NCBI GenBank assembly: GCA_964187785.1
Contig: OZ076415.1
Coordinates: forward strand, 33,852,001-33,916,000
Direction: 5' to 3'
Origin: Amphiscolops sp. MND2022
Lineage: Eukaryota
Length of the DNA: 64,000 nucleotides
Position 1 is the stretch's first letter. Each line of letters starts with the position of its first letter. Under the pieces are notes generated by a model. It was given only the letters and a program-made list of their open reading frames with translations. It ran no database searches and was not told the origin of the DNA. A program made the position numbers and the translations under genes. Positions 14,757 through 26,277 of this stretch are shown here, in pieces.

Positions 14757-14965
14757 GACTCCCAGAATGAATAACCAAGGGTCAACCACTATCAACAGGC
14801 CCAATCCAACATACCCTCCTAGTTTTAAGAGTAATTCAACAAGTTTCCAACTCTGGCAGCTTAACGATACTGCTTAACATTCTTTGCAAATTTTTCATGA
14901 TAATGTGCAAGATAATTTGCCAATGTATGAAAACGCTCCCGTGATATCAAGGGAACGCTAATGTC

Positions 14966-15322
14966 ATGCAACAAGAGAATAGATCGAACCAGACAGTTCC
15001 TGCCAATTTCCCAATCCAAGTAGGCCATAGTACGAACCTACTATCATTGCCTCGTCATGAAAGACAAATCTATCGGTTATTTCCCCCTGTGATACCCCAC
15101 GTAGCTGGCTTTTGCAACTGGTGTGGGAAAAGCTACGACCTCATTGCCCTGGAAACGTTAGGAAAATATCACGTCGCAACGTCGTATGATGCGGAAACGG
15201 TCAGGGATAGAGGTGTTAGATCTCGAGCATTCATAGACGGATTTGAAACAGCTCTGTTCTCTTTGAAAGGTGAGGGACTGTCGCAGCCTCAGGGTTGCTC
15301 TGGACCTGTTTTTCAAACTTGA
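14966..15322 (+). CDS. Sense accessory ORF (CxxC) of element A, running into the 3' LTR; function unknown
   Basis: GFCNWCGKSYD...RSRAFIDGFE aligns with GCMVCGRSVD...RKEAYENGLN of B ORF 31552-32334; both cross the LTR start. Confidence 0.6.
   Translation: MQQENRSNQTVPANFPIQVGHSTNLLSLPRHERQIYRLFPPVIPHVAGFCNWCGKSYDLIALETLGKYHVATSYDAETVRDRGVRSRAFIDGFETALFSLKGEGLSQPQGCSGPVFQT
15265..15278 (+). promoter_or_regulatory. Polypurine tract of element A (GAAAGGTGAGGGAC)
   Basis: Purine-rich run directly before the TGTCGCAG start of the 3' LTR. Confidence 0.7.
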
Positions 15323-16744
15323 AAGAGAACCTCGAGTACGATTCAAAGGATTAAGCCCCAGACGGTTTGAACACCGTAAACTAAACAATCTGTTTCTTTA
15401 CCATTTGTTTACCTGTCTTAATTGTGCATTGAACAAGTCATGTAAATATTTGTTTTCATGTTTTATCAGGATACATGTAACATATAGTCCATTTTAATTT
15501 TTACCTCAAATTACATAAGGATTTGGTGAATCATCTTATTGAATTTGGATCATTTTGGTGAATGGAAATATAAGTGATAATTACATATGGAACTTCTGAA
15601 AATTTGTCATTGAGTCATTATACGGAATTATCGTGATGTATGTGCTTCATTGTGTTGATTTCAATTCTCACATGTACTATGCAATGCAGTATAGCTCTGG
15701 CGTATATACGGCAATATGCGGAGGAAAGCTATCGCATATACGTCAATATGCGGAAATCTGCCATTTCCATCACACTGTGTTTTAAGTTGATTATATGATG
15801 TCTATACGTCACAATGCGGAAGATATGTGATGTATATGTGATGTCGTGGGAAAACATACCCTTTTGTTCATGATGTGCTGCATTCCTTTCCTTGCAACGT
15901 ATCCACGTTACCTTGCAGATCCTTAGTAACGTATACACGTTACACTGCAAGATTCCAGTGTTTTAAACCATTACTAATCAAATGGATGTTGGATATCGTG
16001 CAATAAACATGTTTGGGTTATAAATAGAATTGCGTCATATGACGTCAGGTTTTTTTATACTTTTGATGATTTTAACAAGTAAATTTACGAGTGTCATGGT
16101 GTGATAATTTTCAAGAAAGTGTGCTAGGATAAAGGACACAACAACAAAAAACCTTCCTTGAGACTAGTTGCTTCATTTCATCTGAAGTACTGTAAATGCA
16201 GTTTTTCATCAACTTTTGTTGAATTCCTTGTTTTCAAACGGACATTTGTCTAACTTGATAATTCAAAATCTTCCCCAGCAATCATAACAATTTTTCATAT
16301 GAGAGAAATGGGAAACATGAGAAATCGGAGGTCTATAAGACTTGAGACACCATCCCCCGATAGAGAAGTAGAGAGAACTCGGGTAAAGACTTCGAACAAA
16401 AAAATTACGACAGAATAATAAAATGAGAGAAGAGATGGAAAACAGATTCGAGGCAATTTTGAAACAAATAAGGACAAATAAGAGTGCATCAACACTAACA
16501 ATCCCAGATCTGAAATAAACGGAACTCAGAATTCTCAACCTTCGGGGTCCAAAAGTAACAGGTCTTATGGAGTTCACGCGTCTAACGTAGAAAACTTAGA
16601 TACAGAAGATGAAGATAACTATCCCATAAGGGCCTCAGAAGTGCATGAACTTAGGAATCCTGCTAAACTGGGGTTACCAGAACATACCGAACTTAGATGA
16701 AACAATTGAATCAAATGAGGACTCTGGGGAGGAGGATTATCACA
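15279..16744 (+). repeat. 3' LTR of element A (1466 bp; lacks about 130 bp present in the 5' LTR)
   Basis: Similarity to 1417-3010 stops exactly at GATTATCACA; visibly diverged (roughly one change per 5-7 nt by eye). Confidence 0.88.
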
Positions 16745-16749
16745 CTAAT

Positions 16750-17350
16750 GGTTAACATCCGGCGGATTGTTGTACGATTTCCGCAGAAGCACCATGTCGC
16801 TTTTTATCAACAGGGAGCACACTGGTAGGATATCATTTTCTTTCAAGGTTGAAACGCAATCACTGTTGAAACAACTACAAGCCATCTGTTGGAAGTTCTC
16901 TAACTTCTTCAAACCAATATTCGGAGGAGAGCAAACGTTTGAACCATCTAGACGAATAGATAGGATTAGGCTGTGATAAAGCTGATTTCTACGCACGCAG
17001 ATTTGGGATTGTAACGTTGGAGAAAATGGAACATTTTCGGGCATTTGGATAACTTGTAATTCACATAAGGGCTTCAGGCAAGTTTGTTACAAACGATAAA
17101 CCCCCTATATCAGTAATCTGATCAACAGAAGCCAAACCCCTCCGTCAAGAGTAAAGGGTTCATGGTCAGTGTATGCAAACTGAACACTTTGCACTCAGCA
17201 GGGTGAAGTCCAAGCCCGTTCGAGTTGCACCAATCAACGAGGTTCATGATGTCATGTTCATTTTTGTGATAAGAGGCCAAAAAGAACAGTTTAAAATCAT
17301 CCACAAAAAGAAAGTGTAGGCAATTCTCCATTGTCTCGGCATGTCGTTTT
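16750..17350 (-). mobile_element. Decayed non-LTR (CR1/L2-like) RT fragment between elements A and B
   Basis: LFVDDFKLF...NLVDWCNSNGLGLHPAECKV resembles the RT FADDxK motif and the following LxLNxxKC motif. Confidence 0.6.
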
Positions 17351-17821
17351 TTTTTACACTAAAAAGAAAAGTAAACCGAGAACACTGCCTTGGGACTCTT
17401 CAGATGTCACAGCGACAATCAAAGGAAGGACACCATTAAATTTGACACTTAGATAACTATCGTCCAGATAGGAAAGGATATGAGATGAAATTGTTGTCAA
17501 ATCCAAATTTGGATAACATACAGAAGAGTGTGATATTGAACGGGTTGTCCGTTCAACAAACAGAAAGCGTTGTATGCAGCAATAAAATAGTATTGGTCAC
17601 TATTCAAAAACCAGGAACAAGGGTTCTGATTGGTTGAATTTAGTTGAAAGTTGAACTGAATTCAGGACCATTTTCAGAAAAGTTGTCAATCATTTTGCCT
17701 GCTAATTCTCAAAACCTCAAATGTTTATTAGACCATTGTTACATCAAAGCAAAAACACGTGGCTTTAACTCACAAATAAATCGCAAAGAAATAAAAGACG
17801 CGCTGATCATTATAACAGATG

Positions 17822-19733
17822 TGTCGCAGACTGCCGCCTGTGACGGTACGACAGTGACTACATCGGCAAACGGGCAAGAGTTTGTGCCCGGAACACTACC
17901 CATCTATTGTTCTAAAACACGGAACTTAAAAACTTTTTGCCATTTTGAATATTCGATACATAGTATGTTTGTTAATGTTGCTGGTCTTAATATACATTTG
18001 CATATGTAAAATTAGTCTGTTAAAACTACATTTGAAGGCCCAAAACAATGTAATTGTGGTTCAAAAGTTGGAAGGTGCTTTGCGATTATGAAAGTAATAC
18101 GTAGCAATATAGTTGTACAACGTAAAGGAAACGAGTTCAAGTGACGCTCAGCGATAATCCAAAAACGTCACTTGAGCTCATTCCCCCAACCAATCACAGC
18201 GCTTCAATTTACGAGTGCAATATGGCTTTGATTTGGTAGCGGCCGAATATGGCCAATTAACTTAATGTCCACAGATTGTTTTGTACTTTGGTCAAATGGC
18301 CGGTTTAGGCCGTCTTAACGTAATGAATGATGCTATATTACCTGTACCCCATAATTAACCACATTGATTGGGGATTATTCTAGAAGTATTTTATTATTGA
18401 AATAATACCAACGTACCCTTCAACGGACCAAATGAACCAAATGTTGATCAAAGGCCGAAAAGGGTCTTTTACCTTTTTTCCCCCTAGTATTGTGCTATTA
18501 ACCAGGATTTGGCCAATTTCGACCCTTTTTGGGAAATACCCCTATTTAGTGATGCAGTGATATTTAAATAGATTAGACATGTATTATTTGAATTTGCTTC
18601 CCCCTACGATGACCTATAGCCACGTGGTGGCACGTGCTAACACTGCATACCAGTGCTACGAGCCTCGCATTCCAACAACGAGCTTAACATTTGTTGACAT
18701 TGCAATAATAATATGTAGAATAGATATGTTGTTTGAAGTACCGTTAAGGATATTTACCATTATGTTGATTGTTTGATGTTACATTTCGGGAGACAAATAT
18801 GTCAAGAATTCTCCCAATCAGGTTTTCACAGAAATATGTGATTGATGCTTTCCGATGATATAGGAAATATGTAAACGGAAATTCTTATGGTGCAAATACC
18901 TTTCAAAACCATACCTGTTAAATACCAGAGATATGTAAAAATCAAGTGCATTACATACCTTACGATGTCAACCGTGGATGAAAATATGTAAAATATGTGA
19001 GTGTCACCCGCTCAGGGGTATAAATACCGGTGTTTAGCCTGAGCGGGACACAATTCATATTATACGACTCTAGAAAAGATTGATTTCCAAACGGCTTCGC
19101 TGTTATTTCCGTTTTGATTAATTTATTGTTAATTCGGAATTGTTTCTATGCCTACTACTAGAAAACAGAAAAAGGCAAGAAAGTCAAGAGGACTCGAGAT
19201 GTTGTCAGATATCGAGAACATAGACATTATGTTAGGAGAAAATCATTTTAACACAAGAGAGAGAGAAAGTAGCTTGAACAGTAACTTGCCTAGAAGGTCT
19301 AGAAGTTTTGCAGGCAATGAATCTGAGAACGAAAATGCAAATGTAAGTAGAAATCAGAGAAATGATCACTCTAGAACAAATACCGAATATGACCAAATTT
19401 CAGTTACAGCCAACTCTAGTGCTGAGATTAACAGGTTGTCAAAAGAATTGAATTCCCGCATCTCACGGGAAATGGACGAGATGATGAATTCTGTGAGTGT
19501 TCAGATTCAGAGGACCATAAATGATGCGATAAGTACCCAGGTACTTCCTCAAATCCAAAACGCTATTATGGCCGGATCGGGACATGGGACCGAAAAAGGA
19601 TAGGGCGTTCCGTCCGAGAGACCGGAACTAAATTCCGAAGTTCAGCGAAACTTAAATGCGAAAAATAACTCCGGGAATGAACAGGTTGAGAATCAGTTAA
19701 ACAATGACTACCCTGACCTAAACGTTCATGACA
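17822..19733 (+). repeat. 5' LTR of element B (1912 bp)
   Basis: Direct repeat of 32246-34166, differing only by scattered substitutions and small indels. Confidence 0.95.
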
Positions 19734-19745
19734 TGGTGACAGGAG
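19734..19745 (+). promoter_or_regulatory. Primer-binding site of element B (TGGTGACAGGAG), tRNA-Leu-like
   Basis: Directly follows LTR-terminal GACA; one mismatch to TGGTGTCAGGAG, the complement of a common eukaryotic tRNA-Leu 3' end. The tRNA assignment is inference. Confidence 0.7.
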
Positions 19746-20844
19746 ACAACGAATCTCCAAATCCAGTTCCTGAGTTTCTCACAGGACGAATCTCATCCCG
19801 AAATCATCTCGACAGGTCCTTCGAGGACGTCAACCTCGACACGACGATCCCAGCACAAGAGAGAATCGCTACGGCTGCTGACTCCGACCCCATCAATCGA
19901 CTGGCAGACGACTACAATGCAGAATAGACCGACAGCCCAACAACTTACCATACGCCCAGTCAACTCAAATACCATGACATTCGATGGCAAAAGTGAGAAA
20001 TTCGAGCTGTTCGAAGACCTATTTCACACTATGATCAAGATGCAGCCAGAAATGACTGAGCAAATGAAGATCAATCACTTCCACTCCTTATTGAGGAAGA
20101 ATGCTCTTCAGACATTCAGAAATATCAGCTCAAGCAACCGACAAACTCTAGAGGACGTATTAGTCATCTTTAGATGGAAATACGTCAAACATGAGTCACA
20201 GGCGACTGCCAAACATAAATGGCACCGTCTAGTCTTCGATCCCAATACGATGAAGCTGCCTGATTTTCTCGAAGAATTAAACCAGGGAGCCGAGAAGGCG
20301 TTTGGTGATTATGCACAGAAAATGATTGACAGCTTGCTCTACGCAAACCTGCCACCTAAGTTGAAGCGGTCTGTCAACATGGCCAGATTAGAAAATGGCT
20401 CATATGATGAAATTGTTGCTCATTTGGAGAGAGAGTTGGAACTCAACGCCCTTGAGGAATCAGATGACCTACCAATGGCCACAATGACCTCTTCGACTAC
20501 AAAATCTAAAACTCCTCTGTCCACTGGGCAAATGTCGGACATTACTTGCAATTATTGCAAGGAAAAAGGCTACATGGTCAAAGACTGCGAAAAACTGAAA
20601 AGGAAAACGAGAAAGATGCCCAACAAGGCAAGTCAACGCAGAAGAAAACATACCCGGAGTGTGGCACTTGTGGCAAAAAGAACCACCCGGAAGAACGATG
20701 TTGGCAAGGTGCTGGTGCACATCTTAAACCCAAACGCACTAGGCCTGAGGACTCAACTGAAAATAGGCCCAATCCAAAGGCTCAGAAACCTCAGACCAAA
20801 CCGACATCATCGAGCTCCCAATCCTCATATCCTAATGATGAGTC

Positions 20845-20851
20845 AAAAAAC
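20845..20851 (+). promoter_or_regulatory. -1 ribosomal frameshift slippery site A AAA AAC at the gag/pol junction
   Basis: The heptamer is in the correct gag register immediately before the gag stop; the -1 frame is open from 20851 into the pol ORF (20950-24180). Confidence 0.8.
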
Positions 20852-23800
20852 TAACTTCATCACGACTCCAATACAACGAACTAATATCTGTCCGACAATA
20901 CATCAGATCGGACCCTCCAACGCAAACTTTCCACCAACACAATCAGCAATTGATGGGCTATCCCTCTGTTGTCTGGCAGCAGCAGATGGAAAAAGCTACC
21001 ATCATCACCTACAATAACACCCATTTATTCCAGAAACCAATTCCTGTTTGGGACCCTGATTACACCACTACCTTCACCACCCGCTTCAGACCCATTCCCC
21101 TAATCGATGATTACAATCCGACATACATCGATCCAGACTACGGCAGAGATCCCTACTGGGACACCGAGCTTTACAACCAAGATTCACTGCAATTCCAATA
21201 TGTTTTAGACGACATCGAACTCTACAATAAAACAGTCCCCGAGAACACTCCAATCACTCACAACAAGAAAACACGGGCACTAATTGAAATCTGGCAGATG
21301 AACGATGGTACAAACCACCCAGTGTTCCCAAACCCTCTGGGAACCGAGAATCCTGAAAATACTACCGACGCCATATCACAATCTTTATTAGACGAAAAAC
21401 AATTCCAAAATGTACTCATTACCAGAGATGGTGAACCAGACTGTATACCCTTGTCAACCAACATTAATCTCAAATGCAAAAAACGCATGCTTTATTTCCC
21501 AATGGACTTTGGGGAATTGACCATTGATGGACTTATAGACACTGGAGCATTGTCCAGTGCAATCCCTGAAATGGACCTCCGGAAAATCCGCCTTTTATCT
21601 CCACAATCTGTTATCCGGGAAGGTCTGCCTCCGAATTTCCAAATCATGGTCGCTAATGGGCAACTGGAAACTCCGAAGAGTACCATAGAGCTCAAATTTG
21701 AAGTTGGTGACATTGAATTCCTCGAATTTTTCATAGTAATGGAACACTTGACTGGACCGATTATTGGACTGATGTTCCTTCAGCGAAACCATACAGTTCT
21801 GGACATGCGACAAGGGATACTGAATTTCCCGTTCTTTTCGATGCAGCTCAAAACGGCTGACCATAAGTATTCAAATGTATTGGAACCAATTCTCAACCCT
21901 ATTGAGATAACTATTCCACCAAATGATAAAGTCCTAATTAGGACCAATTCTCTACTCTACCCCGAGAATGCTGTCACTGGAATTTTGCAACCGAGCGACC
22001 TTCTACACGAAGAAGGCGACATCACATTTTGCCCAGCTTTGGTCACTCTGAATGACGGCAATATATTGATACCAGTGAACAATTTCACAGACCACCCTTA
22101 TAAACTCAAAAAGGGACTTCATATTGCCAATTTCTCAGTCATGACGCCAGAACAGATGAAGTATGTCAAACCGGTAGATCCGGCATTAACCTGGCACCTT
22201 TTGCAGAATGACCAGGAGCAAGCAGCCCATTATGTCAGCAGCCTGATCAAGACCAATAGAAATCCACAAAACTCCGAAAATTATTGGTTCCCAACTCCAG
22301 AAGACCCTGGAAATCCTGAGGAACACACACCTATACAAAAACGAATCCTACGCCAGTTACAGGCCCTACAGGACCTAGAGACACTCGACCCCACTACAGA
22401 TGCAGAATCGCGTGCAAATTTCTTAGAAAACTTCGACTGGAAAGATTCCACCCTTACTCCTGAAGAGAAGGAGAAAATTGAGGAATTGTTAGTGGAATTC
22501 CATGACATCTTTGCACGACACCGATTTGATATAGGCATGAACGAGGAATTCAAGGTGAAATTGACGCCTAAGGACGATTCCCCAGCCTATAGTCAAAGCC
22601 TTCCAGCTCCTTTCAACTTGAAAGAGGACATCCTAGTTGAATTAGCCATGTTACACAAATATGGCATAATAACTACACTGCCAATTTCGAAATATGCAAG
22701 TCCAATATTCGCACAAAAAAAGCCGAATGGGAAACTCCGACTCTTGGTTGACTTGAGAAAAATCAACAACCTCATCTCGGATGATTATATCAACTATAAT
22801 CACCCCGTCAATACACTAGTTGATGCTGCCCAACACTTGGCAGGCAAAAAACTGTTCTGTAAACTGGACTGCTCGCAGGCATACCACTGCCTACCAATGG
22901 CCGACCAACGTTCAATCGAAATGTTGGCTTTCAATTTTGCCAGCCGCACATTCGCTTACAGACGTTTGGCACAAGGCCTTAGTCGGTCACTATCCGCATT
23001 CTCGAGTTTCATCAGAGAATACCTTGACAAAGTCATTAAAGCGGATCAGTGTGCCCAGTATGTGGACGACATCGGCATCGCAGCCAATGATGTTGACCAC
23101 CTCATGACGAACCTGAGAGCTACGTTCAAATGCATTCAGGAAGCAGGCGTTAAGTTAACAATGCACAAATGTCACTTCGGTGCAAAAGAAATTGATTTTC
23201 TCGGACGGACTATTACCCCACAAGGCGTCAAACCCCAGAAACAGAACGTACAAAACTTTCTGGAAAAGACCAAATTCCCGAAGTCGAAAAAGGCTTTACA
23301 ACGATACTTGGGATTCCTAAACTACTACAGGAATTATGTCCCAAGACTCTCCGAACGCCTTGCTCCATTCTACAAGATGCTCAAAAGTGACGAAAAAGTC
23401 CTAGTATCGAAAGAATTAGTCCAACAATTCGATGAAATCCATAGGGCGCTAGACAAATGTTGCGACTTGGCCCTACAGCAACCCATTCCAATTAAGCAAA
23501 TAGCACTAATGACTGACGCAAGTTTTGGTGCAGCCGGCTACGCGGTCCTAATCGAAGACGACAGAAGCCAGAAATTTACGTCGCTCAGAAAATCGTATGC
23601 ACCAGTCGCATATGGATCAAAAACTTTCACCCCAGCACAGATCAAAATGTCATGTTATGCCAAGGAATTCCTTGCAATTTATTTTGCATTCAAAGAATTC
23701 GGACATATCTTCTGGGGTGCGCCGAAACCTGTCATCATCCTTACGGACAACAAAGCTGTCACGAGATTTTTTCAAACAAAAATAATACCCCCAGCCCTGT

Positions 23801-26057
23801 GGAACGCGTGCGATTATGTCATTCAGTTCAATTTTGTCATAGCACACATCCCAGGGGCACAAAATACAGCTGCCGACTATTTGTCCCGATTGGAAGCAGA
23901 TCCGAAGGACAAATTGGTGATGAAAATTCGTGAAGATGTACAAACACTACCAGTCGAAATCAATGTCCAATCCGCAGGGGTGTCGCAAGAAGAACAAATC
24001 TTCTACACCATTGACGACGATGAGACAGAAGAACAGTTGTGGGCAAGAAAAGAAGCAATCAGGAAAAATCCAGCAACTGATGAGACCACTGTTACTATAC
24101 AAACTATGTCAATAAATCTGGTCAAGCAACACCCCGATATACAAGTCCGATTGAGGAAAACGAACCAGATCATTATCTAGCAATCCAAAGATGCAGTTCT
24201 ACAGCAATTGAAAGCAAAACGGCTTCATGAAGAGTATTCAGAAAATTTACTGCACCAGGATGCCCGATATAGACATTACGCAAACAATCTGGAACGGATT
24301 GTACTAAAGGACGAAATCCTAGCAAGGCAATATTTTGATGAAACAGGGAACGTTAAATACCATCAAATTCTGCTCCCGCAACATTTACTTCAGGAACTGC
24401 TTAAGTCTCTCCACGGGACAGCACATAAACATCCTGGGATTTCAAAAATGTTACAGGAAATTCGACAGAGGTATTACTACCCTAGCATGGCTAAACACGT
24501 CAAAAAGTGGGTAGAAGGGTGCGAACAATGTGCCAGAGACAAAGAGTCCCTAACGCAACGATCACACCTGAGCTGCTCAACTTGCCCGAATGGGACCTTG
24601 GACCTGAAGACACCAAGCAAATCGACCTATTACCGAATCTCCCCCCAAGTGGAGGGTATAAAAATGTCCTAACAGCAATAGACGTATTTTCCAGATATTT
24701 GTTCGCATACCCCCTTACGGACGCATCAGCGATCGATGTAGCAAAAGCGCTCATTGACATTATGACTAAACACTCTCATTTACCAACGACTCTTATCACT
24801 GATAAAGGTACTGCATTTACTTCTACAATTATTGCGGAGGTTACGCAGATTTTGGGCATCACACTCAAATGTGCAACGACGAAACACCCGCAGACAATTA
24901 GGAAGTTGGAGCGAACTCATGCCTCATTGAAAACAAATCTCAAAATGGCCTGTGGAGAATATCGCCGACAATGGCACAAATACTTGCCATTAGCAGTACT
25001 GAATCATAATACTACTTACCACGCCAGCATCGGTTGTGAGCCAACGAGAGTATTTCATGAAAGAATTCCATTTAATATTTTGGATCACAAGCTTGGAAAT
25101 AATCCAAACGAGCAAATTTACCCCACAACCGAATTTGCTGAAGAAATCCAAAACCGGACAAAAATCCTGATTGACAAAACGAAGCAGAACATTATGCAGT
25201 CGTATATCAAGTACAAAGAATATTACGACCGCAAAGCAAAAGCCGCTCCACTAAAGGAGAACGAATACTGTTTTGTCTTACAGCCGAAAGCGGACAATCA
25301 AGGATCAAAAATTCCATTCCGCGATTATCGGTGGGTTGGACCATTTATAGTCCAAAAAGTTTTACCTAACGAAAATTATATTGTGAGACGAATCAACACA
25401 AACAAGACTCAAATATTACATCGAATTCGCCTTAAAAAGTTTGTCCCTAATCAGCCTCTTGAGGACAATTTCCAAGAACAACAGTTGCAGCCAGACGAAG
25501 AAATTGTCATTCCGCAAGATGATTTATACGTCATAACGTGGGAAACCGACTTTGGCGAGCAGCTAGTTACACGAGGCAACGAGACTATTCCGACCAGCAT
25601 GCCGAATGGCGAACGACCGAATGCGGCAGAAACGAATACAAATGACGTAGCCGAGAATGAAGCGGATTACATAATCACTAGTGACGAAACAAGTTACGCT
25701 GACCACGCGGCGCGGAGCCGGAATGAAAGATTAAATCATGACGTCACAAAAAGGAATGACGCTAGTGAAGCGGCTAGCAATGACAAATCTGATTGGCTGA
25801 ATCCGGCCGTTTCCTCAAAAAAACAAGAAAAATCCTTGCCAAATACGGCAGATAGACTGGAAAACGATGAAATATTTTCAGAAAGAAACTTGACGAATGA
25901 AAGCGATTTACAAAATTCTCCAAAAAGGGGGGATGATATTATCGTGCCCGAAACATCTGAAAGCGATGCTAGAAATGAAAGTCTGAGCCCTAGAGGAGGG
26001 AAATATAACCTCAGATCTAACCCTAACACAAACTACTCAGAAGACTTTAGATACTAA
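20851..26057 (+). pseudogene. pol: pol of element B (PR-RT-RNaseH-IN; in-frame stop 24178-24180, frameshift near 24540)
   Basis: LIDTGALSS; QYVDDIGI; LMTDASF and ILTDNK; HGTAHKH...CEQC zinc finger; TAIDVFSRY, ITDKGTAF and LERTH integrase core. Confidence 0.96.
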
Positions 26058-26277
26058 GAATTGAATTTTCCCGGAAATGGGAATTCTTTTCCTTTATCTT
26101 TGTGTTTTTTTTCAAGCCCCTCTGAGAACTTCTTTTTTGAACAAATACTGGGGCATTTCAAAGGATCCCACACAAAAGGAATAAATAAGGGATCAAGACA
26201 TCAAGAAATCAAAAGAAACAAAACAGAAAATCAACAAAGTTTACAGTTTGTAGGTACATAAATACATATGTACAAAA

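Larger units (their letters stand above)
1417..16744 (+). mobile_element. Giant Ty3/Gypsy LTR retrotransposon, element A (old, degenerate, about 15.3 kb)
   Basis: Direct repeats 1417-3010 and 15279-16744 both start TGTCGCAGCCTCAGGG and end GATTATCACA. The 5' copy is followed by TGG (PBS); the 3' copy is preceded by a purine tract. Internal gag, PR, RT, RH, IN remnants in Gypsy order. Flanks TCAAT (1412-1416) and CTAAT (16745-16749) may be a decayed 5-bp TSD. Confidence 0.88.
19148..20854 (+). pseudogene. gag: gag of element B (starts in the 5' LTR; stop at 19601, frameshifts near 19910 and 20600)
   Basis: ATG 19148 is in frame with ATG 19733 (195 codons apart); EKFELFEDLFHTMIKMQ capsid-like region; knuckles CNYCKEKGYMVKDC (H to Y) and CGTCGKKNHPEERC; stop TAA at 20852-20854. 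Confidence 0.9.

Noticed and set aside
19725-19745. ACATG|GTGA junction as a splice donor explaining where the repeats end
   Set aside because: LTR end plus PBS fits better: TG...CA termini, TSD at the outer ends and the same junction in both families.
20469-26029. Many 60-100-aa ORFs overlapping gag-pol on alternative frames
   Set aside because: Expected shadow ORFs of a long coding region; no independent support.
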